A stretch of 63,764 bases of DNA, filler included, from Bigelowiella natans CCMP2755 (taxonomy: Eukaryota; Protista; Cercozoa): assembly GCA_000320545.1 (NCBI GenBank). It is 4 parts of 4 records of this genome, joined end to end, with 100 filler letters (N's around TTAATTAATTAA, not from the genome) between each part and the next. Parts side by side here need not be neighbours in the genome. Positions count along the whole stretch, not along the records: positions 33,726 to 62,577 come from ADNK01003030.1; positions 62,678 to 63,764 come from ADNK01001762.1; 2 more parts are not named here. One strand, given 5' to 3'. Each line of letters begins with the position of its first letter. Positions within the stretch are counted from its first letter, which is position 1. Both the position numbers and the translations under genes were made by a program. The notes under the pieces were generated by a model. The model did not search any database. It was not told where the DNA came from and worked only from the letters and a program-made list of their open reading frames with translations. Below are positions 52,983 through 63,764 of this stretch, in pieces.

Positions 52983-53636
52983 GCGCGCGCGCACACACCA
53001 ACTGAGCAGCACTGCTGCCACTTCTTCCTAGAATACAGCGGCGAAGCGACAAAACAACCTTGCCCATCTTCCCTCCCAGGCCCCTGATCCTGGCCACGGG
53101 CAACGGATCTAGCAGCTCCCTCACGTTGTTGTCCGGCACCAGCGTCTGGCTGTTCGGCTTGTGCATCGCGCTCGCGAGCTTCGCGAGCATCTTGTTCCGC
53201 CCGACGCCCGCGCTGCAGGTGAAGTTACAATGCACTCTCACCGTGTCTCGCAGTCTTTGAACGATCGCCGCGCCGGCAACGAGCATTCGGTCTGAATACG
53301 ACCAGCAGTCGCGCGGTCTTTGCCACCATGACTCTGAAGCCGAGCTCAGGGCCGTCTCGGTTACCACCCCGCGGCTGATCTGCTTCTTCGAGAACCTGTG
53401 GGGGCCGGGGGGAGAAGTAGACGCGTGGCAGTATTAGTATGCGCCCCTCGGTAATGGCGAGGCTTGTGTGGGAGATAAGGTGAGAGAAGGAAGGGGGGAA
53501 AGAGGAACGAGCATGTTTGGCATGATGGGCTTTTGAGAGGGCTGCAGAGGGGCGGGGGGGGCAAATCGCCACCCCTTTTTACGGCCCCACGGCAAGAAGA
53601 ACATATCTACAACACAAAGAAAGGAAAAACACTTTT

Positions 53637-53668
<32 letters not shown>

Positions 53669-55033
53669 TGCCACACGTCCTCGTACGTACTTGTGCGTCG
53701 ATTCGTCCCTGAGCCCAGCAATGTGGGTCGTCCCGCGCGCCTGACAAATCAATGCAAGGAAACCTTCATCTCCCTTCCTCCACCCCGCTGCCGCAGCGAA
53801 CCGACTTGCGTTCCGCGGTAAGGAGGAGTCGTAGCTTTGACGGCCGCCTTTGCTCGCATTAGCGCTGATTACACGAGGATCACTCGGCAGTATCAATGGG
53901 GGGCTATTCGCATCGAGGCGTTGAGTCCAGCTGTGAGAGCCCGCGCCAGCATCTTCCAAAGCTTTCCTGGCCTTCGAGGTAACATCCACGTACACCTCGT
54001 CAACAGAAGATCGCTCGAGGGGGCCGCCCGCCCTTAGCGCTCTCGCAACCTCCTCCCCAGCATCGCGGTAGATTTGAAGATCCGCTTTGCCGAACGGCGA
54101 CGTAGGCACCTGCACCGTCAACAGCTCTGGGCACAGCTGCCTTCTAGCCTGCTCGCCTCTCATCCCACGCTTCACGCCGAACGCGCGCGCCTCGTAGGAT
54201 ACCGCTATGAGGGACCCGTTGGTCCGTCTCAAACGGTTTTTCTCGGAAGAAATCCTCGAGACTCCTCCCCGCTCGAAAGGGTTGTACTGCATCACCGCGA
54301 CGGGCCGGCCGCGAAGGGACGCATTGAGCCTCATCTCCACTTGAACGTAGAAGCAGTCGCAGTCAACGTGCGCTACGACCTCCCCCATGCTCTCAGCTAG
54401 GGATGGTGCAGGCGGTCCCGGTAGCGGTGGTTGCGGTGACAACGAAGCAGCAGCGTGCACGCCATCGCAGCTAGATGATGCCGTCTCCATGTTGGTGGCG
54501 CTGGTGTTCTTATTATTCATGCTCTGGGACGGGGATTTTCGCCAGATGCCAGTGATTTCATTAGTATCATTTCTGTCGCTTGCCTGAGTAGTAGCCACCT
54601 CCCCCCGTGCTGTGCTATTGCTCCGTATCGTAGAATCTGCAGATATTCCTCCTCGAACGCGGAAAACAGCCTCTCTTCTGACGCTAGCCTGTCTAGAGGT
54701 TGACAATGACAATGAAGACAATAGCGAAGGTGAATACGATAGTGAAGGCGGAGAAGAAGAAGAGAGAGGTGACAATCTCTGTCGCCTGGGTCGTTGCCGC
54801 CGACGACTCAAGCGCCATTGCAACAATCTTGGCTTTGGATGACTGAGGAATTGCCTCGGGCGATTCTCGTTCATGCAGATAAATTGGAGCGAAGCGAATT
54901 CGTAGCCGTAGTTGCAGAGGTTGTGCTCCTTACGAGAACAGGAGAAGGCGCTGCTAAAGCCAGCAGCAGCAATGACTGTCGTCGTCATTATCAACAACCT
55001 TGCATTCAGATAGCCTGCAACTGCCATCGTCAC
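49037..55033 (-). CDS. POLH: Y-family DNA polymerase eta with bipartite presequence and long disordered C-terminus
   Basis: VAHVDCDCFYVQVE, VAVMQY, LIAVSYEARAFGVKRGM, GKADLQIYRDAG, ERSSVDEVYVD, TCSAGVGRNKMLAKLASAMHKPNSQT, IRGLGGKMG. Membership of the last 640-aa exon is inferred from its position and PIP-like motifs. Confidence 0.9.
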
Positions 55034-55454
55034 GAATAGCGCCCTAGCCTTGCCGTTGCTGTTTCTGCTTGCTTCTCGGGCGACTGATGCACCGGGACGT
55101 CCGCACGCGGGCTCGGCCCGCGCCCGCAGGGCCCGCGATCGGACGACAGCATTCCGGAGGTTTCAGAGGAGCAGGACGCGGATCAGTGGCGTTTGGTCTC
55201 TGGTGGGCGAGGGAAGAAAAACCATGATATTTCCCCATTGCGATAGCGACATTTATTTGTCGCAGAAGCCTTTTGTCGCAAATGTATGTCGGGTATGTTT
55301 GACTGCGACAACTCCAAATCGTTGTCGCACTATCCTTGCGGTCGCGCGCTGAGACAAAGCGAATAAACGGCGGTCTCCGTGCATGCTTCTTGCGGAAAGC
55401 GCTCGGCCCGGTTTGCCGTAGGTCATCCGTCGGCCGCCTCCCAAGCTGAGCAAC

Positions 55455-57074
55455 ATGATCAGTAGCTATGCTGACGGGGACGGCGTCGCTTGGGCCGATG
55501 GAAACGGCCGCCGTCACGTTTGGAACAGCGTCTGGCGGGCGGGGAAGCTGCTTTTCGTGCTAGCCATGGCAACATCGGCCCTGGCCGTGGCCAAGGTCGA
55601 CAGCGGCGACTGCAGAGAAAGCCTAGCGGCGATGACCCCGAACCAGCGTACGTGTTGTGATGGCGACTTTAATGATATTGGCGCTGAAGGTCAAATCTTC
55701 ACTTCATCCTGCATCTCTCGGTGTAGCTTCGCTGACTGATTAGCTGCGTTTGTGAACGAAATAAAGGCGCTCGGTGGCATTCTCTCCGCAAAGAATCCAT
55801 CAGACGAAGCAAAAGATGTAGCTCGGCAGTTAGCCTTTCACTTGGACAGTTATTTTCCTCTCGGTTGCCGGGCTCTTCATCTTATAGTACTATTGCGGAT
55901 GATCGCCAAAGAGAGTCTCTTCTTTCTCTGCGTGGAGGTGGGGGATACCAGCGACATGGCGTGATAATTATAATTATTCACTTCCTCCAATGCTGAAATT
56001 TTAATATTTCTGAACTGTCGTTTACGGGTATAGGAATGGTATCATCGGAGCCCTTAAAACGGCCAACAGTTGTTATAAGGCGCATGACGGCTGCGGATAT
56101 AAGCAAGATAAAGAAAAGCGAAATTCAGCGGGTGCGTGTAGATTGATGATGATGATGATGATTCAATTTGACTATATCTGTGGGCTCTTTTCTAAATCGA
56201 TCTGGTAAATTTTCTCCACTTCTCGCTCATGGAATCGTCCATCTCATTCGTAGGATAGGTACGTCGTGACCTACCCAAACGACTACTATCAATGGTACCT
56301 GGAAAAGTAAGGAGATAACACTAATCGTCTTCGAATTCAATTGATCTTTCTTTTTCCTAACTAATTATTTTCGTGGCACTTGGCTCTTCTTCCTCCCCAA
56401 CCCCCCTGCTCTTCCGCCAGATTCGGCAAGTATTGTATGATTGCTGAGGAGGCACAAAACACCGAGAATTGCGCAGCAGCTAAAATCGTTGGATATATAC
56501 TGGGAAAGTCTGAGGGAAACCCTTTTAAGGGCCACGTGACCGCCATTGCTGTACATCCTGGCTATCGAGGGAGGGTACGTCTTTTCCAGCAACCTGATGG
56601 CTAGTGATGGTGATGGTGATGATGATGATATTGATGGCAAATCCAACCTCAACTGAGCCTTTTACTGCTCATCATGATATTTATGATCTCGTCTTTTGTA
56701 TTAGGGTTATGCGAAGAGAATGATGAACGAGTTTGAAGAAACGGCCAAGAAAGAAGGCTGCGCATTTGTCATAGCATCCCTCTTTTTGATCCTTGACCTT
56801 GCAGCTTACTTTGGTTCGAATGCCATCAGATCGACCTCTTCGTTGACGTCCAGAATGATAAAGCTCTCACTTTCTACAAAAATTTGGGATATGTAATGAT
56901 ATTTGAACCCTCTGATGACAAGCAAGATTATAGCGAAATGGCTTCTCATCATCACATTATTCTCAGAGAATACACCGTAAAGTCCGCGATTATTACGGGG
57001 AAGGGAAACACGCCATAGACATGCACAAAGCGTTAGGAAGTGATGCGGAGAAACGGAAAGAGGTCTCAGATTAA
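55455..57074 (+). CDS. GNAT N-terminal acetyltransferase, NAA20(NatB)-like, with N-terminal signal-like extension
   Basis: IVGYILGKSEG..KGHVTAIAVHPGYRGR|GYAKRMM..GCAF|IDLFVDVQNDKALTFYKNLGY|RIHRKVRDYYGEGKHAIDMHKAL. Leader LLFVLAMATSALA. Confidence 0.82.
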
Positions 57075-57340
57075 CTCAAAACGATTTGATTACGTGTAGG
57101 AGGAACGACCTTTCAGAAGAGAGCATTCTCCCCTTACACATTAACACGTTTCAACCTGTAATTTCTTAGGCTGAAGGGGATGACATTGACGCATCTCAGT
57201 TGATTAGATGGAATGTCTATTAGGATGGTGTAAGCTCGATTGTATCTTGCATCTTAGCGGCAAATTTCCGCGTCCCTATGCATGGACTTAAATAATATTC
57301 ATTCGATTCGGAACTTGCGAACGGGGAAAAAGTGGTGTAC

Positions 57341-58710
57341 GAATGTGCGTTTTTTGTTGCGCTGGCATTGCATGTGCAATGAGTCTCATTGGCTTCGCCC
57401 TTTTGCCATTTTTTTTGCATCATGCAAGATCATGTGAGGTTGCACAGCACTGTTTTTGTGCCACAAACCTCCTAGCTCGTTCGTCACATGCTGCTGCGCG
57501 CTATCGCTCATGCAGATCCACGATGACACCACTCTAGCACTGGCAACAAGCTGACATGGCGGCCAATCTGGCCACAACTGACAACACTGAACGCATCAAA
57601 GTTGGCATGTGGTGTCAGCAAGCGAAACCATGTAAAACACCTTGCGATCATGTTGAATCAAAAATTCTTTCTGTTGTAGAAATGAGCTGCAATGACTTGC
57701 TTCGTGTCGCCACTGCGACGATGAACTGTGCTCAGCACGTCATTGTTTGCTCTGCAGTTAGGTGCGTGCACTCTGTGTCTTGGACAGACAACACAATTGT
57801 CAACTGGCCCCGCCACTGACATCGAATGACGAGCAACAGTGAATGTGAACCCATCGTTCGGAATAATCGGAATGCCTGTGTGGGTTTGACTCGTCACGTC
57901 GCTTGCGTCGTGAGATCGAGCTGCTTTCTCTGTTTCTCTTGTCAGGACACGTCTAGACGTCCAGACACGACAAGCATTACCTTCGACTCTTCCCCGTGCG
58001 CAGCAGATCCAGAGATCGCCACTCAACGTGCACACTGTGAGACAGAGCACAACATGGCTAGATGGCACTGAATTGAAAAGTGAACTAACTGGCGAATGAG
58101 TGAAGCAGTCTCTAGCTGGAAGCTCTGGGAACACCATCAACAATGCCAACTCATCACAAGAAAGAAAGAAAGAAAAAAGTGTTTCCATTGGTGCAGTCAA
58201 AAGGATCATGGGACACGCTGACTCATCCATGTCCTCCTTCAATCAACAAGACCTCCAAGAAATGTTGACAACAGGGTTGATTGCCATCATTCCAAAACCT
58301 GTCGACGTGCACTGTGTTTTCCTACCAACACAGATGGGAGAGGGGATTTCACCACTGCGACATGGATTTCGAGTGGTCGTAGTCAACATCCCACTGCGAT
58401 TCGCCGGGAAAACGCCCTTGATTTTTGCCTAAAATTTGATGCTGCAACCGAATTTCGCCAGTCGCTCTTTTGGTCATCGAAATGGCTCCCGGTGCTCTCT
58501 GTCGCATGTCTGTCAGTCCGACGCGCCCCACTCCATGATGGGCCTTTTCACCGGCTGATTTTCGTTCGGATAGGCTTCTGACTGTCTTCATGCGCTTGTG
58601 CAAATTTGAATCATTGCGGGCAGGGAGACCGTCAGGGCGATTCGAAAGCAGCCCCCATTTTGTTTCTCTAGCTCAGTTGTGCTGGTCGATTGCACAGCAA
58701 CGACTGAAAG
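57341..58710. repeat. Second TpA-depleted island (probable degenerate mobile-element/repeat relic)
   Basis: About 17 TpA in about 1370 bp, versus about 18 in the preceding 280 bp (manual counts). No credible ORF. Confidence 0.65.
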
Positions 58711-60007
58711 ACTCTAAATCGTATTGTGCTACACAGGTCCTCTAAAAATAGCCAGGATTCGGCGAAGCACGTTGACGCTCACTGCAGGGACGTTCATTCT
58801 GTTCCTTGTAGTGGCGGTTTGTATTCACCGAATCGCATCTAGAGCCCCTCCCCTCTCTCCCTCATTGGGGAGAGCTTCCGGGGCTATCCTAAGGAATGCA
58901 GCCATGACCTCTCGTTCAAATGTGAGAATAAAGAATAAAGGGTGGAGGCTGTAGATAAGGGGGGAAAGAATGTGGGGTCTTTCACGATGTAGCAGCCAGC
59001 ATAGGGTACTTTTTCCTCATGTACATATCTACCCCCCACCTTCCACTGCTCCCTATAATGACAGGTGGCCGCAATGGTGGGATCTTTTGAGGCTATTCCC
59101 AGAATTTGGGGTCGGAGAGGTCGCTCTCTAGTCGCGCGCGCAGGCGGACTGGACGACGAGGCTCCTGTAAGCATAAACCGATTTTGCACCTTCACAAATG
59201 TGAACGACGCGTGTGTGTGTGTTTGTGTGTGTTTTGTACGCGTGTTGGTGTGCGTGTATATCCAAAAACGTCGCAGATGAGTATTCCCGAGGGATGGGTG
59301 AGCGCCATCTTCCTAGCTGGTGGTGTTGGGAAGCCCATGGGTGCCCCAACCCCCCCCCAGTAAGCAATTTTTTCCCCCCCCCCCCCCCCCCCCTCTTGAT
59401 CTATGGCTTTCATATCTCTATCTTATTGGGAGCATCATATACACTCGTATGGTAGTATGATAGGATGGGTTAGGATGATCTTTCTTCGCAGGTACCTTGA
59501 GCTCTCAGGCCAAGCCATCGCCACGTACAGCATGGAGACCTTCAGCCAAATGCAGGAAATCGGGGAGCTTGTCGTTGTGTGCAACGAGGAGTGGTACGGC
59601 GGTGGTGGGGGCAGTTGAGAATAATTATAAGAAGAAGATAAAGAAGAAGAAGAAGAAGAAGAAGAAGAAGAAGAAGAAGAAGAAGAAGAAACGTAAATAG
59701 AGAGACAGCCGGAGAAAAGGGAGGGCAACAGTGGCTTCTACCAGTGAGCCTCGTCTGCGAGTGCTCCCCCCCCCTCGTCTCCTTATTCCGGCTCTCTCAT
59801 TATCATCGACAGGGAGCATGTTTTCGACGAGGCATATGCGTCATTGCCTGCTGCCAACAAGAAGGTGAGGGGTGGGAAGGGTTGTACTTAGTCCCGAAAC
59901 AGCGGAATTAGTGTGAGGGAGTGAGTGAATGGATGATTTGCACGCGGGAAGAGCAAAAACAAAGTTGGACGGTGATGCTACACTGAGAGACATATACTGT
60001 ATTACTG

Positions 60008-60050
<43 letters not shown>

Positions 60051-60845
60051 ACACACACACACACACACATACAGACAATAATATACCTCTGTGCATAAAT
60101 ATTCCTTTATTCTCTAATTTATTCATTCTTGTTGCGATAGCCCTTGGTGTTCGCCCGACCGGGCGCGGAGCGGCAAGACAGCGTCTTCAACGGGCTGCAA
60201 GCTTGTCGCGAAGCTGCGCAGCTCGTCGCGATCCATGACTCTGCGCGCCCTCTCGTAACCATGGACGACTGCCGAAAGTAGGTGGATACGGGTGAAGGGT
60301 AAAATCGCCGGGGGATGGGGGGGAATGGGCAGGTGTCTCCGGCACCTTTCGCGCCATCGTTTAATTTTCTGAGAGCTATACCCCCCTCTGCTGATTCGAT
60401 ATCGCCCCTGCTGCTTTTGAATGGAACATAGCTGCATGGCCGACGGGATGAAGGTTGGCGCTGCTGTTTTGGGGGTTCCCGTGAAGCCTACGATCAAGCA
60501 GGTACGCACCGTAGTAGCTTGTGCGTATTGAAACTACGTGCATGTGCGTGCGTGTGTGTGTTGGGGGGGGGGGGGTCCTCTGTTTGGCATTGGGCATGTA
60601 TTTATTACTCCCAAACATTTGGTTGATGCTTCAAAAAGGTCAATGCGGACGGCACAGTGGAAAAGACGCTCACGCGTTCAAAGCTATGGGAGGTTAGTGA
60701 AGAGAGTTGTTCTGATGACGATTCCTCCGTGGCAACTCCCTCGCCAGAAGTTGTCAATCATCGTTACACCGCACCAATAGAGCCATCATCATCACCATCA
60801 TCATCATCATCATTATCCTTATGTCAGTCACTATCGTCGTGTACG

Positions 60846-60876
<31 letters not shown>

Positions 60877-61377
60877 AATCACCCACGCAGGTACAGACGC
60901 CGCAATGCATAAAGCCGGAACTTTTGAAGGAGGGCTTTGAAAACGTTAGAGCGAAGAACATCGAAGTTACTGGTACCAATACTCACAGCAGCCAGGCTCA
61001 TGCACTTGTTACGTAACTGATGACTTTTATGCACAACGATACGATGATAAATGTGTCGATGTTACAAAATAACTTCCAAACTGTTCGCTCACTCCCCTTT
61101 CCTTCCTCCCCTCTCCCTTTTCCCCCGTAATTAGATGACGTATCTATCATCGAGGGGATGGGTCTCCCTGTACTCATCACCCAAGGTATGATGGCCGCTT
61201 ATTTGTGCTAGGCTTCATTTTCATAATTACCAGAAATTATCCCAATTTGGTCGAATTTTGATTTGCCCCCCCCCCCCCTTCCCCCCCTTGCTAGGTTCCT
61301 ACACAAACATTAAGGTGACGACGCCAGAGGATATGTCCGTGGCGCAGCGTTTTCTGAAAGACCTGCGTGCCGAGTAG
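58482..61377 (+). CDS. ispD: Plastid-targeted 2-C-methyl-D-erythritol 4-phosphate cytidylyltransferase (MEP pathway)
   Basis: [57 protein letters not shown]|VQTPQ, VT|[18 protein letters not shown]. Signal ([10 protein letters not shown]) plus transit-like leader. The start codon at 58482 is tentative. Confidence 0.93.
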
Positions 61378-62094
61378 AATAATGAAGGCGGCTCGCAGCG
61401 AGCAGTGCATACTTAATTCATGCTTCATTTAAGTAGTTCAACATTCGCATCATACCTCCATTATTGCCACCCGTTACTCTATAACTGCTCTAGTTTAGCA
61501 ATACGCTCAAAGCCACTATAAATGATGATACATAATGTCGTAAGCACGTGTGTGTTTTGCACCTGTGCTTTGTGTTGTATTGTGTTTCGCTAAGCATGGA
61601 GAAGACACATATCTAGATCTAGCTAGCTAGACATGATTATTATCATCTATGTCCGCACATACGACAAGCTGATTGGTGTGTAAGTTAGCGTTTTGCTTAC
61701 GTAACAAGTCGCAGTGCGTAGTGAGGATCACGTCGCGCTCGCAGCAGCATACTATAGCTAGCATGTGTGACATTTATATATAATCCTGCCCATTGCAAGC
61801 ACTACTTGCTGCAACGAGCTGAACTTCCAATCAATGCTGTTTCCAAACAACACTACATGTCTAGGTGCGCGTATCGAGTCGCTTGTTGGTAAATGTAGAG
61901 CGCGGTATATCATCATGCTCACTAGACTGTGAATAACTTGAACAGTGCGAATAAGGGTCAATAATAAGAGCCGCGCAAGAAATGGTGCATCACGACATGG
62001 ACACGCATAGATAACCAAGGCAATAAATAAAGTTGATTACAAGGGAGACTTCACTCGGTATAGCATAGCGAGCATCTCTGCCCGCTGCCTCACG

Positions 62095-62560
62095 ACCATG
62101 ATTACTTCAGACGCTTCCTTGAAGCCAAGTAGAGTGACCCTGACATGAATAACAGCACACCACATCATCACAATGATTTCGTACATACTGGAGCTTCGTC
62201 TGAACTTTGATATGACCAACTACCACAGCCCCTTTTTTTTGCAGAAAATACACCAGAGCAGGCCCGCCAAGATGACAAGAAATGGCAAGATAGTATCGTT
62301 TTCATGATCTCACAGAGGGGGGGGCCAAAGATTCAAACGGCCGCGACGAAGCCAAGCACCATCGATTCGAATCCCGCCGATGTAGACGATAAGGGTGAGT
62401 CTTCTCCGCCTCCCTCTCCAGACGTCTCAACGCCTTCACTCAAAGAAGCAGAACCTCCCCCCCCCCCCCTCAAGACCGCTTCAGTGTTTGTGCTATCGTC
62501 AACTTCGCTCTTCTTCTTCATCAAACTGCTCTGTGCCTCGGCCGAGCTTCTCATCCTGGT
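62095..62560 (-). CDS. 3' fragment of a probable type I membrane protein
   Basis: Hydrophobic ILPFLVILAGLLWCISA followed by KKR; 5' part lost at linker. Confidence 0.25.
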
Positions 62561-62577
62561 TATGGTTAATAGGTGCG

Positions 62578-62677
62578 NNNNNNNNNNNNNNNNNNNNNNN
62601 NNNNNNNNNNNNNNNNNNNNNTTAATTAATTAANNNNNNNNNNNNNNNNNNNNNNNNNNNNNNNNNNNNNNNNNNNN
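62578..62677. other. Artificial contig linker
   Basis: N44-TTAATTAATTAA-N44. Confidence 0.98.
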
Positions 62678-62879
62678 CCCCCCCCCCCCCCCCTCGCTTG
62701 ATAAAAGGGCGCTTCCTTCGTTCTTCCGGGGAAGGGGGTTGGGTAATCGGGATGAGACGATGAGAGAGCGTTGATCAAAATTGGACGCCCGTGGTTTTGG
62801 GTGTGAAAATACCCCCTCCTTATTAGCATAATCGTTAACCCCCCCCCCCCCCCCCCCTTTCCCCATTGGCCCCCCTCAG

Positions 62880-63640
62880 GCGGACTACAGAGAGGAATCT
62901 GCTGCGCTACCCGAACGAAGACCACGAGATCTTGTTTGGACCGATCGAGAAGATATTGAGCTTTCACGAGGTTCTTCTCACGAGGACGAGGAAGAAGAGA
63001 AAGGAGGAAGAGAGTAGAAAAGCACTTCGTTCCCTCGAAATAGAGGAGCTATGCCAGCCTTTGCCATTGCGGGCGTCGCTGCGATGAGTTTTCGTAGTGG
63101 ACACGGAAATGGATGTGTCATAGATGTTTTGACATGAATCACCGATGGCAACTAGCAACATAAACAACAACTACTACCCCTGCTACTGCTACTCCTCCTC
63201 CTCCTCCTCCTGCTACTACTACTACTACTACTACTAATAATAATAATAATAATGATAATAATACTAACACTACTGCTGCTTCTAGGAGCTTCTCGAGGGA
63301 TTAACAACTACCAGTCTTAAGATGCGGCATGAGCCTATGCTAAAGCTGAAGTGGGAGGAGTTCCTCGAGCTAAACAAACGCTATGCGGAAGGGTGCAGCA
63401 TGCTACGCCATTGTGCAAGCATATTTCTTTTTTATAACATATCTTGTGTGATTCTGCCTGCATATCACGATGACTGCAGCATCGCGGTGAACGATGCTAT
63501 TTTAATGCTTTTATGACCAACACCCTCCAACCCCCCCCAACCCCCCCGCCCCCCGGGCCCTCCCTCTAATGACGATTATGAAAAATCAGCGGAAAGCTGA
63601 AGGACGTTGTCATCGAGCAAACGAAATCAAATAACCCAAA
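62880..63640 (+). CDS. Internal exons of a possible RhoGEF (DH domain) protein
   Basis: EDHEILFGPIEKILSFHEVLL resembles the DH motif IF.NIE.IL.FH..FL. Confidence 0.4.
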
Positions 63641-63648
63641 GTAATATT

Positions 63649-63689
<41 letters not shown>

Positions 63690-63764
63690 TATAATATCTA
63701 CATAAATATACGTTGCATGATCTTTCGTCTACATTCACTTGCCGTGCCTTCTTAAATGCTCTCC

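Noticed and set aside
59320-59362. IspD catalytic Arg and Lys apparently replaced by Pro ([11 protein letters not shown] vs GKRMGAxxPKQ), suggesting a dead enzyme
   Set aside because: The changes are all toward C and lie just before a long poly-C tract, typical of base-calling error. The rest of the gene is intact. Needs read-level checking.

Overview
Intron-rich eukaryotic nuclear DNA from a protist. It is most consistent with a chlorarachniophyte-type alga with a secondary plastid; this is inferred from bipartite signal+transit presequences on IspD, MSH1, Pol eta and a NatB-like enzyme. The window consists of four contigs joined by artificial N44-TTAATTAATTAA-N44 linkers (14382, 33626, 62578). 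Genes I reconstructed by hand from exons: UGGT (3' part), NECAP, an Exo84-like protein, an SPFH/band-7 C-terminus, an ATD/DTD2-type tRNA deacylase with an inserted CysRS-C-terminal-like domain, a sulfatase, a membrane-anchored cyclophilin-like protein, a mitochondrial EF-hand protein, plant-type MSH1, a ConA-like+MPPED metallophosphoesterase fusion, an acylated 5'-nucleotidase, Pol eta, a NAA20-like acetyltransferase, IspD and a RhoGEF fragment. There is also a compact six-tRNA array (Phe x3, Leu-UAG, Leu-CAA, Val-AAC). Three signals stand out. (1) Two sharply bounded intergenic islands are almost free of TpA, and the survivors are mostly CTA/TAG; this suggests a TpA->TpG/CpA 'reverse-RIP' hypermutation process. 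(2) The tRNA array looks polycistronic, has degenerate A-boxes in the Leu genes, and sits behind a TATA plus a structured, splice-donor-bearing leader. (3) The ATD-like deacylase is non-animal and carries a synthetase-like insertion. All exon joins and counts were done by eye.
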